From: Vermamoeba vermiformis
Lineage: Eukaryota
Direction of reading: 5' to 3'
NCBI GenBank assembly: GCA_045837725.1
Contig: JBEWZL010000244.1
Coordinates: 434,001-498,000, forward strand
Length of the DNA stretch: 64,000 bases
Shown here piece by piece: positions 23,397 to 36,327 of this stretch; position 1 is the first letter of the stretch, and the number at the start of each line of letters is the position of its first letter. The notes below the pieces were generated by a model, which worked only from the letters and a program-made list of their open reading frames with translations, searched no databases and was not told the DNA's origin. The position numbers and the translations under genes are program-made.

Positions 23397-26249
23397 TCAT
23401 GCTGTAGCGTTCTTTTCGAGCATCGCACAAATAGCACCCATTTCCTAGAATTAACGGCGTTAGTTACAGACAATAATAATGATTATTCAAGTACTCACCG
23501 GTCGTTCATTTGGATCCATCTTCCAACACATCAGCATCACTTCACGAAGTACTTTAGGACAGCTCTCAGGTATTGTTGGCGTGTACCCCTCATCGCGAAT
23601 CTTAATCGCAACATCGATCACCTCCTCGGTCTCGTGAGGCTCTTTACGCGCAACAATCTCGTACAAAAGCATGCCAAACGACCACACGTCAGATTTCGTG
23701 CTGTACAACCGTTTGCCGAGTGCTTCAGGCGCCATCCATCTTAACGGACCAATATTTGTAGCGGTTTTTCCAACTTCTGACAATTCTTTCAATTTTCGTG
23801 ACATGCCAAAGTCAGATATTTTTGGTTCACCGTGATGCAACAAAATATTACGCACGGCAAGGTCACGATGAACGATATTATTTTGATGCAAATGATCGAT
23901 GCCCCTAGCTATCGCTTCAGCAAGTGCAATTTGTTCCGCAGGAGTGCTCAATTTGTCGGTCTCAAATAGGACATTGTCGAGACTGCCTTCGTTGCAGTAC
24001 TCCAGCACCACTAACGGCAAAGGACCATCAATCGATACGCCCAATAATTGCACAATGTTCGGATGTGGTGGGATGGCCGCTTGAAAATTGGCTTCGCGAA
24101 TGAATTCTTCTTGCGGAATTGTTGAATTGGCCACTTTGATAGCTACTTTTGTCGTTCTTAATTTGCCAAGGTATACTACAAAAGAGATTAAAATTATACC
24201 TAAATTTGGTAAAAAATACCTCTGCCAAATGATCCGACTCCAATTTCTTTGTCTAGAGTGACAGAGGCATAAGGAATCAGTCTATTGTCGACACTCATTG
24301 CCGCAGCATCATTCGGTGCAGTACCAGTTGTTGATGGCTCTGTGCCAACGAGACTAATGTGAGAATAAGTGCCGTTATTTGAATTGGCACCGCTGACAGG
24401 CTGCATAACATCGTAAGGAGAGTTGGTTTCAGGCGTCAACGGCACCGATGTCGTTGCGGCCTCTTTTTTCTTTGCCTTTCGTTTCTTCTTTTTCTTCAAA
24501 AGTAACAAAAGAAGTACCAACAGCCCTACACCAACAACAACGCCTGGCACAGCGACGCCAATTGCAATCTTAGCCGATTGCGTCAATGCAGAGGGTAGTG
24601 CCGCGACATTTTCATCCCCTGGCACAAATGTTGGTGCATCCGTGGCAGGTCCGTCAACTGGCGGAACCGAGTCTTCAGGCGAATTGACTGGAATACTAAC
24701 AGGTGAATCAATAGGAGTGCTAATCGGAGGTATAATGTCATTGGTATAATTGCCGTTTTGATCCACGAATTTGCTGCCGCCGACCCAAGTCCAAATGGTC
24801 GTACTAAACGAATACTTCCACAAATCATTCAACAGACCAACATTTCCATTAGTATCAAACCCATCACCCCCAAACAACCATAATATTCCGTCACCATCGA
24901 GCCACATTGCTGGATACCGTCTGGATCCAGGGTAATTCGATTGATCTCCCGTACCAGGACTATTAGGATAAACACCTGCTTCATTCGTAGTTGTAGGTCC
25001 TTTTAATAGAATCCAAGTTGTTCCGTCCCACTCAAGCAGATCCGCTAAAAACCCTCCTGTAACAAAAGTGTCAGGCAATTTCATGAACCGTCAACTGCCG
25101 TAGGATTATACCTGAGTCTGAAAATCCGCCAAAAATCCACGCCTTGCCTACAGTACTAACCGAACCCGAAGCAGAACGTTTGGTCAAGGCACCAGTCGCA
25201 CTCAACATGGTCCATTGACTCGGCACTGTTTCCTCGAATTTGAATACTTGATTAGTTGTGCCTTGGAACGATTGACCGACGGCAAAATAGAACGCGTTGT
25301 TGCTGTCGATCCATCCTGCTATACGAGAGCCGCAGACTGGATACTCCGTAGTAGAAGGTGTGTCTGCAGAGCTCAATGTACCGGCACAATTATTCGTATC
25401 TTCACCACTCACGAAATTCCAAGCATTATTTGACCGGTCGTAATACCATAAATCGTTCAAATAGCCTATATAGAATTAAATTAAATTAAATTTTTAAAAA
25501 TATTAAGGTAGATCCGCATCTCCTCTAAAGGAGGTCAAAAAACGTACCTGTAAAGCTAGAATCAGATCCATAGCCACCATTTACATAGGTCGTGGCTCCA
25601 AACGAGACGCATTTGTGAGTGACCCGGGCTCCGATCTCGTACAGTGGTCCGTACGAACCTCTTAGCGAACCACTGCGCATGTTGGCCCATTGACTAATAT
25701 CAGGGTCGTACTTCCAAACAGCACTTGAAAGGACTGATAAATAGTCCATTATTATTACAGCTGGATTCGAAGCGACGGTTAAGAAAAATTTTATGTTACC
25801 TGAACTCAGTTGCTCGCCTCCAAAAAGCCACAATTTGTTGGAATCATCGGTCCATGCGCACATATTGGCCAGTCCACCGGGATTGAAAACTGGATCGAAC
25901 GTTCCTGGATCGCCTCCTAAACCGATCAAGTCCTTGATTTTATTTCCTCCCTCAAAGTTCCATATATTCGTTAATGGATTGTAACTCCACATATCGCTCA
26001 ATAAGCCGGCTGTATTCGAATTTTGAATTAATAATTATTAATTTTAATTAATTTGAAGGTCTGCACAACTAACTTACCCAACGGTGAACTTTCATCCCAG
26101 CCTTGACCTCCAAATACCCATAATTTACTATCGTATAACCACGATGCAGCGCTGTATCTTCCTCCTGGATACGCTGCGTACAGAAAATTAGGTGATAATA
26201 TTGTTATAATTAAGCCCAATAACAATACGGGCCGTTTATAACAACTCAT
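23397..26249 (-). CDS. Receptor tyrosine kinase-like protein with kelch-type beta-propeller ectodomain
   Basis: Signal peptide; repeats PGxRxxxxxW..LWLFGG..LNDLWKY; Pro-rich stalk; TM followed by KKKKKRKAKKK; kinase motifs GVGSFG, VAIK, HRDLAVRN, DFG, GPLRWMAPE, SDVWSFG. Confidence 0.88.
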
Positions 26250-26599
26250 TTGTGGTCTTCAAAGCGTAAAATAAGGCGATCAGAATTCCGGAATTATTCT
26301 GGCCAAATTTTTTTTCGGCTGCCTCTCTACTAATTAGGAAGGTGATGTTCGTGCGTTGCTGCGTGTTTGCTTGAACTCGTTGAATTTCTACCTGCTCACG
26401 CGAGCAGCAGTCCTCCTAATATCGATTATTAACTATATTTATTAAGCAAAGAAATCGGTATCGCAATAGCTTATTGGTAAGCACGCGCTACAATTCAGAT
26501 TTGTTTTTTTGGGAATGAATTAATTTCCTGAGGCCTCATAATACTAATAATATTTTTGTAATAATCTTTGTGTTTATAGGCTAGTCAACTCAAGCGAAA

Positions 26600-28409
26600 A
26601 TGGAGGCGTGCCCACAAGAAATTAAAAAATTTATTTGCACCTTTCTGGACTATAATACTCGCCTCAAAATGCGACTACTTAGTACTCATTGGCTCAAAGT
26701 AATTGATTTAACTCATTTCAAATTTTATTTCACGCGGGATGCAGATGTACCCAAGATCGTCGAGCTTTTATCGCTCCACCGATCACCTTTCTCTATCTCA
26801 TTCCCAAAATCTAATATATGGGAATATGTCGATTTTTGTGGGCAGATAGCGAAGCTTACAGCATTAACTGGCTTGGAACTTCCAGATTTCAGCACTCTGC
26901 CGCCTGGACTGACACTGCGAGCTAAAATGACGGGTCTATCGGCGTTAACCAACTTAAAAAGCTTGACGAGAGATTTCAGTAACAATATTTTTTGGCCAAA
27001 CAAATGCGATTATTTTGAACCGAGCCAGATGTACCAAAATTTTAAACACTTGACGTACTTGGAAGTTCTGCCTGTTATCATAGACCGACGAAAGGGATGC
27101 ACACGCGAAGATATGAAAAATATAGCACCTATAATTGAGCAGAATCCAAATCTACAAGGAGCTGTGTTATATTTGGCCGATAAGACTTTAACGATCGACC
27201 AAAACTTTGCGGATTTGTTTGTGGAGCACAAAAACTTGAGGAAGTTGGTTATTGTATCTAACTTCACCAAGCATATTCAATGCAATCTATTCAACAATCT
27301 TGGCGGCTTGAAATCTTTATCCTTTGAAGACCTTGCAGATGGAGAACGAGGAGTGGAAGTAGCCTTATTTGCACAACTTACAAATTTAGAAGAGTTGACG
27401 TACCTCTCAGCGGTGCCTTTAATCAATATCGATCAATTGATCAACTTAACGTCGCTTAGATTGGCCAACAAGTCTTTATTTGGATCCGAGTGGCAAAAAG
27501 TTTTTCAGTCGGTCTCAGAATTGACAAAATTGAAAAGAATTGATTTGCATTTGCACGAGCACGACAGTACGGATTATCAATTTTTAGCAGCTTTGCAGTC
27601 AATTAGAAACTGTCTCGGTCAAACGAGGTCCAAACCAAGGAGATCAGATTCAGATCTTGGAACATCTTTCTTCGCCGAAATTGACGAAGCTAGTGGTTAA
27701 TATGGAATCAAATACGAGCTTAAGCGATATTGAACGACTTAATAGCACGTTGTTAGAGCTCGAACTGCATAATAATTGTAATCGAGTTCCCCTCAGCAGC
27801 ACCAATCGCGCAGCTTTGGCAGCCGCAACAAACATTACGAAGTTAATCTTTCTTGGTAGGACTGTCGAAGAAGACGTCCGCGCTATAGAACAAATGTCAA
27901 ACTTGAAAGATCTTACGTTCTACGAGGACAATTGGGGCCCGAAGATGAGCTTGAAAAATTTAACTAACCTTGAAAACATTGCCTCCAAGACCGACGCTGA
28001 CATTAATGAGATTGCCCTCTGCAAAAACTTAACAGCACTCAAATGTCGCTTTGACGTAGAGAGTGACACCAACACGGATGTCCTTGCTCCATTGCCGTTG
28101 AAAACGATTTTCATGCACGAACCATTGCCGTACAACCATTGGTTCCAAACGATCGGAAAAATCCAGTCGCTTGAAAGTTTGGTGCTTATTGGTGTTATTG
28201 ACGAAAATATGAAGACTTGGGATGGCTTAACGAACCTCACTCGCTTAGTGTACTTCGATGGATTTGTCCAAGGCGAGCATCTGTCCAAGTTGACAGCATT
28301 GCAAAGAATTTCAACGAACAGAACTGTGCCAGAGTTGGCAAAAAAATTGCCTCACGTTTACGAGTACACTAGCAATGTTCAATACTTCAGATCCTTGGTA
28401 CGCGAGTAG
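26600..28409 (+). CDS. F-box/LRR protein, intronless, with one apparent +1 frameshift near 27596
   Basis: MEACPQEIKKFICTFLD..LKMRLLSTHW (F-box), then LxxLxxL repeats. The two overlapping ORFs join as FLAAL-SQLETVSV if one base is removed. Confidence 0.7.
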
Positions 28410-28575
28410 TAACTGTTGTACTCTGGGAACAAATCCACTGCGATTTAAATAAACCGACAAATAGTATATTAATTGTTTATTTGAATATGCAACATGTTGA
28501 TACGTGTTGAATTTCGTTTCGATGAACTAAACTCAACGATCTTTGAGCACTCCGGTCTAGCGCTAGTTTTTTACT

Positions 28576-29980
28576 CTAATAGTTGAGAACGTGGCGTTTC
28601 TTGAGCTCTTTCTTAGTTTCAACGATGCTAGAGCGAGCAATTTGATAGAAGACGTAAGTCAAGAGAGTTTGAGGAACGATTCTGAGCACATCTGTCCACC
28701 AGCCAGCAAACAAACCAGCGACACCCTTCGCCTTAACCATTTCTTCGAAGCAATCTACTACGTTAGTGCAGACCACGTCGGCGCGCATTTCTTCGGGCAT
28801 CAAAGCGGACTGAGTTTCGAGTTTTCGTCGGATGACTTCAAATGGGTAAGACATTGTCTGACAAATACCATTAGATAGGGATTGATTGATATTTTTCACG
28901 TATTACTTACGTTAGCGACCGCAGATTCAATCATGTAGCGGATCAAAGGTGAATCTGTTGAGCTGAGAATTTGACGGCTCAATCTGTTACCGACGTACAA
29001 GCCCAACTCGAAGGGAACAACGCGCATAACGGCAGCATCGGCGCCTTTAATTATAAATTATTAGAATTTTCAGATCCTTGCGAGTTCTTGTGGCTATCCT
29101 CGTCGATCTTGAAATGCAAAAAGGCGTCAAAACTTACCCTTGAATAATCCAGCGTATCCCTCTTCTCTAATAATTGTTTCTACGGCATCGATGGGATTCT
29201 TATACTTTCTCTTGCCAAGATCTTGAGTGATCAAACGAGTGCGAATTACATCGATCGGCTGGGTAAGGGCAGTAGCTGCAGCACCACCCAAAATTGACAC
29301 GATCATAGTAGAACTATATTTAGTATATCATATTAGAATGATGATGCCGCAATCGAAAGCTTTCTAATCGATTTTTCGGTTAAATTGCAAAATGGAAAGT
29401 TTTTCAAGCCAGATCCACAAAAAAAGAATCTGAATTTGAGCTCATTAAACTCACCGAATAAAACCCTTATTAAATTATTATATTTGGGCAAATACTTACG
29501 TGTTCAACTTGGTGCCAAACCAAGAGAAAATGTCCATAGTGTAATCTACGGCAATGCCGCGAACAATAGTGTAAGGCACTTGTCTATAAATATAAATGAA
29601 TTAATATTTTTACTATTAATGATTGATTTGATTTAATTTCGTATTCTGCTCTGCATCCACAAAACTTTTCAATTTGCAAAACTTTTCGGCTCTTACCTGA
29701 TGATGCCCATCAAGTTGCCCTTAAACAAGCCCTTGAATCCTTCGTCTTGGTAGCTATCGATCAGCGTTAGGACTAAGCCGTCACGCTTTCCTCTGCCAAC
29801 TTGTTGCTTGACCTTTGCGACATCTACGGGCAATTATTAGATCCATTGAACAAACCGCTAGCGACGACAGTACTTACCCAAAGGATTGACAATAGTTCGG
29901 GCCAAAGCACCAGCGAGCCAGCCGGCAAACATTGCCTCACTGAACTTCACACGAGGAATAAACGGAGATCTGGTCGTCAT
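28576..29980 (-). CDS. Mitochondrial carrier (SLC25) family protein
   Basis: Three PxDxxK/R signatures (NPLDVAK, QPIDVIR, YPFEVIRRK), each followed by EGxxGLFKG / KGVAGLFAG. Multi-exon. Confidence 0.88.
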
Positions 29981-30586
29981 TTTAAGTAGTTGTAATTGGT
30001 GTAGTGTTATAAAGAAAATGAATACCGAGGCAATGCTGAATTTTGTAGTGAGCCCCGCGTGATTTGTTAAATCAGAAAGTTTCTAACGTAAAAATCCCTC
30101 AAATTTCGACAAGTTGTAGATCTGTTTTCAAAAGGCAATTTTTACAGGGCGCAATAGCTGTAATAGAACCACGGCCTGGTGTTACACGAGAGACTGGTCC
30201 ACGGTCAATGTTTGACAAGCGACAGCGACGTTTGGATCTACAACTCGTGAAAAAACGTTACTACTATTAATTTAAGGCTAATATTTATTGCTAATAAATT
30301 TTATTCATTATGGTAAGTCGTAAAAATGGTGTTGAATTCCTTCAAAAATAAAATAAATATTTCAGGCGGATTACCTCGCTCAATAATCATACGCTTTCCC
30401 CTTTTGTTGTTAGTTGCAACAATGCCAATTTAAAATTAATAAGTTTGCGCAGTCGTAAGAGTTTAATAATCATTCTCTTTGACCATCTGTGTAGTTTGTA
30501 AAAAGCCGCCAAATTAATTAGGTCGTTTCAAATAATCCCTGGCCACAGAATCCGAAATAAATTAAGTTTTATGGTGCACTCGTTGT

Positions 30587-33500
30587 CTATTTACAAATTT
30601 TCTTGCTCATTTCTTCTAAGTACGGTTCTATTCGCGTTGTAAAAACTTCTTTCCAACGTGGATGTGCCTCGAGGACGTCGTTCAATGGTGTGATCATTGA
30701 AGCCACACGATTCAACTTGTCTGCTAGATGTATCAAGTAGTGTGCGTATGAAGCTCTAAGGTGTCGATTCTTATCATTCTCGTCGGGTTGCAATTCGCTG
30801 CAGATGCGATCCAACAAGCCACTTCTCTTCACGAAGCCAATCGTAATATCGTAATTATCGCAGTAAAACAAGTTGCTAATCATATTGACCACATTGTGGT
30901 GAAGTACTGAGTTGAGTGGTTGATCAAAGAACGCGTTCAAAGCCAGATCGAAAATTTCATCCGCATCCATTTGCTTGTGCACTGCCTCAAAGTTGGACAG
31001 AAGCAGTGCGTTGAGCAACTCTAGTGATTTGATCGATAATGATTTGATGCTCACGAATGCACTGTCGATCAAGCTGTGGCCCCAGAACTGGTTCAACATG
31101 ATCTGCTCTTGTTCCGCTGTCAGAGCCGGATCTGCTCGTTGTCGTGACGAAGGTTTATGTCGCAATGCGCTATCAAGAGCCACCAACTGCTTCAACTTCA
31201 TCATTGGCTTCGTTGGGCTTTCCAAAAATGTCAAGATCGCAGGCGGAAACCGTCGTGAATTGTATTTGCTGTTGTAGAAATAAATTGGAATCAAAATTTG
31301 ATATTTTTCCTTATTTGCATTAAATTGACGTACCTATCATTATTTACAGACAATTCTAATATTACAGTGATGATGGAGATGATATGCGTGACAACAGGGC
31401 TTGGCAGATCCGTAAAAGATAGTTCTAAACCAAACATTATTAGGGACGATTCAATTAATATACCGTAAATCGTTAATCCAAAGTAGACCGTACTTTTTGG
31501 ATTCGTAATATTTCCTTTTTTGGAAATTTGAATTTTTGTTTAATTCTGTTACGCGGTACGTACCGATCAGCGGCTTGATAAACTGCGCGCTTTGAAACTT
31601 AACGGACATTGGCGACTGAGGATTTCGTTTAATGACTTGCGTCACTAACTCGGTTATGTTCATCAGCTCCAAGTCTGCTTTATACGTGTATTCGGTGTTG
31701 CAAATAGCTTGAATCCTAGTATATGTATGGAATCGTTAATATCAGATGATAGGACTAAAATAAAATTATGTAGCATGTTCATGGATCTGACGTACTTCTC
31801 GAGAATGGTTTCGCTCAGTTTGAACGGATTTTCTTCCAGCTTGTTGGACCAATTAACTAGCGTCTCGCCTACCATCATTTCCCAGAATATTCGGAACACG
31901 TTGCCATTAGCTACAGTAAACGTAAAGTTAGAAGATCCGGATCGACAATAGTTTTTTTTAGGACGAACGTACCAATCTTATTTACGAGTCCAAAAGCAAT
32001 ATTCTTGTTTTTCGACGCGTGCTCTGGGTTCTCTAAATATTCAACAAGCTTGGGACCCTTTTCATATTTACAAAATAAGAACTGCATCACTTTGAACCAC
32101 TCACGACCCTGCGTGTTTGCAATGTTATTAGTACTCCACCAATAAAAATCAAACCAAATATGGACATGCCTTCGTCGGGATGGTGTCAAACACGTTTTCA
32201 GCCACCGAGTTAAGTCCGCCCAACAGAATTTCTAAACATTCTTCATTGTCGATAAGTGCCTCGATGACGAGTGTTGGCTATCAAGTGTTATTTAGGATTC
32301 GTTATAACGCAGTGTTTCAATATATATAATTTAATGGCATTATTTAACGTGTACGTACTGTAGTGAGCACCCAGCTGCCAAAATTAATGAGACTTTGCCG
32401 CCTGTATTTTTCATCTTTGAACAGTGACACGTCGACCACCGGCGCCTTCTTCTGCGGTGGATTTTCTTCTTCGCCATTCGCCTCTTTGTCTTTGTGAGTA
32501 CCTGGCATTTCTTCCATTTCATCAGGCAAACGAGGCGTAATTTGTCTGTGCGAGGTGTCTTCAAGTAGCGCTGGCGACGAGTGTGAGTGAATTAACCTTG
32601 GTATACCCTCTTTACCGTTATTAATTGTTTGTGTGGCACTTGGTTCCACTATTGGTGCCGGCTGGGGCGGAATAGGCGCTACATTTTCACTGCTCGAGGA
32701 CAACTTCTCGGTATCCTGGCTGCTTTCAGGTATTGGCACGAGCTTGTCGTTCATGTTCTTTCTAACGGGGGACTCGCCGCCACTCTCTTCGCTAGACTCT
32801 TGCGAGCTGGAATTATCGTTGGAGGCCGTGGGCTCCTCGCTGATAGTTGGCTCAAAAGAGTCGCTCATCTTGTCTTTGTCTTTCCTTCTTTTTTCTTTTT
32901 CGCCCGAGCTCCTCCTTTTATCTCGTTTCTTCTCTTTTTCTTTCGGACTACCGTCCGGATTGAATTCCTTCCGTTTCCTTTTTCGTTCTTCGCTCGATAA
33001 CTCGTCGTGTGAATTGTGTCTCTTCTTTTTCTTGTCTAGAGGAACGCTGTCAGAGCTTAAACTGAGCGGCCTTGTCGATGTGTTGGCCAAAGTCAAGGAC
33101 TGCAATGACTCGCGCGACGTGATTGAGACACGTGTCGGTGAACTCGACAGCAGGTTGTCAAACGAGCTCTCCTTTCGCAAGACTATTCGATCACGTGATC
33201 TTGTGTACCGAAGAGCCGGTCGTTGGACGGGCGCTACCACTTGTGGTTTTGGCGGGGTCAAGTACCGCTCGACGTCTTCCAAAACACAGTCAATTATCTC
33301 TTTAAGTTGTTGTGGCTGTGATAGGAACTTAATTGCTTCGGGTTTTGTCGTTTCGAAGTCTTTAATAAATTGCACGCTTCTTCGTTCGTCGAACAGCAGT
33401 TCCTCGATCCGAATTCCGCAGCTGTAATCGATTGTCACCTCGCCATGTTCATCGATCGCTATTAATTGTAGCTTTCTGTCGCTAGGCTTTCGAGTGATAC

Positions 33501-33821
33501 GAGGGCTATCCGTGTGGTCCTAAAAACGAATCTGTCTTAAAAAAGTGTAATTCGAATATTTCTAAATCACATTATTTGTGAACAAAAAAATAGGCAATAA
33601 ATAATATGTAGTGTCTATATTGCAGAATAAATCTCAGCGGTCAATTTCATGGTGAATAAAATTAAATAATAATTTTAAAAATAGAACCAATTTAATATTT
33701 ACTACAACGGCAAAATTAGTTAAAACAATCAGCATATTATTAGCTTCGCTTTATTGTGTACCTGGCTTAGCTTATTGAGGTCGCTCAATTTGAGCTTTAA
33801 GTTTGTCATTGAATCCACCAT
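30587..33821 (-). CDS. SIT4 phosphatase-associated (SAPS/PPP6R) family protein with long low-complexity insert
   Basis: IEELLFDE...AIKFLSQPQQLKEII at the N-terminus. LALNAFFDQPLNSVLHHNVV and RASYAHYLIHLADKL resemble the SAPS FFxYxWNNFLH and GYMGHLxxIA motifs. First exon starts at 33821. Confidence 0.65.
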
Positions 33822-35052
33822 GATCGCACTGCTCGATGAACGCTAGCGCATAATAATAGGCCGCAACGCGTTCTATTTCGATAAATGACTGTTATTGTCT
33901 TGTTATTTCTGCGAGACAGTGTTCTGGTGCGTTTAAAATGAATTAACTATTGTCGAGATTTCTCGAGATTTTTCTTACGCCTCGACCGAGATACAAAAAA
34001 TCTCCTTTGCACCGGTCGTAGTAATAGTTGTTAATGGAGTATCATGTTAATGCATCGACTCTCAACTATTTGGCGGTAAACCAAATCTTAGTAACGGTCA
34101 CAGGCTTGAATTATTCCGTTCGAGATCACAGCTTAATTTTGATTCAATTTACAATAACTCCACATAACAAGCAGACCAACAAGTCCAATAAGATAGCTTT
34201 ATTATTGTGAGCTCACGATAAGATGCATAGCGAGACGATTGTCTCGTGCATTAAGCTCGGATGTGCTGCTTGGTAAATACTTTATTAATTTTATTTATAA
34301 ATACCTAATATAACTGTGTAATATTTTAGTTATACCCAAGCACCCCGTACCAATAATTTTCCTATTGAATCCGGATACGCCAAGACGGATTTGAAAAATT
34401 ATTAAATCACTTGTTAAGCGGTGCAATTTCGACATAGTGCAAAATAACCAAATTATTGTAAGGCAGAAACGAAAGTCAAAATTAATCTTGCAGACCGCGT
34501 CAACTTCGGGCCATTGATCAGATCTTCGTCACTTCTGAGTCGAGCAAATTAGGCCTAGTTTAGTAACATAGCAAGTTGCAGCAAGTTGCTACATAAATCC
34601 ACACAGCGATGCACGTTATCAATACTGGATACCAGTGCGCTGCCGTTGTACGTAATCAGTCTCGATCCATTGGAGAACCAGCCATTCACCCAGCAACAAT
34701 ACCGTGGCAGAAGTATCAAGCTCTGATGACTTTTACGGACGAGATGATAGCTGCTAATGCCCAGACGATATGACCTAAATACTCGGTAAATTTGAACGCC
34801 GTTAAATAAAAATTCTACCGCCATAAGACTCACTTGTTTATTACAGGGCTTGTCACTGTTCGACTTCGCTCTGATGGTTCATCCTCTCCTCGCGTTTGAT
34901 TGATGCTGCTTCTCCAAGCTAGTTTAAACAACAAGTACAAAGTCTGCTACAGTGGCTTCTGCTGTAGGAGAATCAGCCGTTTACACGAGCCAATTACATT
35001 GTGATCACTCCTCTGAATTTTGTGTTGAAGTGGAAAAATATTTTTTCGGGGG

Positions 35053-35171
<119 letters not shown>

Positions 35172-35429
35172 CGATAGCAATGCATTTCCTAATTAGTACT
35201 TCAGACCCACAACAACGCGCGACACTCGACTCGTTGCTGCATCGAATCCACCTGCAGCTGAGTGGCGGTGGCACGCACGACGTGAACGACAAGACCAAGT
35301 CACACGCGTACGTGCATCGCATTGTCCATCCATTCTGGGCGGGCCAACAAATTGCTTGACGCCGAAAACAGTAAGCAATCTAAAAATATGTAAGTACAAA
35401 GCGAATGTACTTATTATTATCGCTAATAG

Positions 35430-36200
35430 GCGGTGCTGGTGCCGTTACATTCGAATTGCTCGTTTGTCCTTGATTGGTCTCGTGTCTTGGTGCTTCTACA
35501 CCGTAAGTAACAAAAATTGAATTTAAATCGTAGCATACAAGTCTGGGTTCCTATAATTGGATTTTTAAAGTTTACAACGAATTAGACATCGAATTTTCGG
35601 TTCGTGTCCAACGCGCTCTTTTAACGTAATTTGATAAAAATAGGCATTCGGCTTGTCGTTCTTCCCTGTCGGTATGATCAGAGGCCGTCGTCATTTGATG
35701 GACGAGAAGTGTCAGTACGATGAGAAAGCTGAAGACGCACGTGAGAAGGTCAAGTTTATCGATGACAAAAGAAGTCCAGACGTGACCAACAAGACCGTGA
35801 AAAGTTGTTGCGCCGTGAAAGGTTAGTAGACTATTCACGTATTACTGGGCACTATAGTACTAGTTCAGTAGCGCTCTTTACTTTCGTTCTGCAGATTCCA
35901 GCATTATTTAATTGTTCTAACTTTAGAGCACTGAGCCGTCGTGCGGATAGTGTCGAAGAGTCGGGTTGCTGCTACAAATGCTTGCAATGGTAGCGTCCTT
36001 TGACCTTTATCTTCGGCCTCATCTTTTTGCTCGTCACTCTGTTGATTGTCATGTCGACTGTTTTGACCGCCTTGGACGAGATTTTGAACTCATTCTGTAG
36101 GTCAAGTGGAGCTTCATTTTGTCGCATCCTCAGATCCTCAAGCCCAAACGACTCCAAATGGTGCTCAATTGAGTGGGCACGCAATCAGTCTCCTCGACAG
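35430..36200 (+). pseudogene. LMBRD1-like (lysosomal cobalamin exporter) pseudogene fragment
   Basis: Spliced fragments LSLIGLVSWCFYT|AFGLSFFPVGMIRG and RALSRRADSVE..KCLQW*RPLTFIFGLIFLLVTLLIVMSTVLTALDEILNS resemble LMBR1-domain motifs. There is an in-frame TAG (35991-35993) and a downstream frameshift into FILSHPQIL. Confidence 0.6.
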
Positions 36201-36327
36201 AATCGAAGTTGCACAAGGTACGCTCAGTCATATTTTGCTGGAGATCTGAAGTCAGTACAATCGGTGCTGCACTGAATTTTATTGGCTAGTTGGAAGCTTC
36301 TTCCAACTACATCTTCATAATACCAAT

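Noticed and set aside
32629-33427. 264-aa and 123-aa plus-strand ORFs
   Set aside because: They are antisense shadows of the low-complexity SAPS exon, as are many short antisense ORFs over the LRR and kinase exons.
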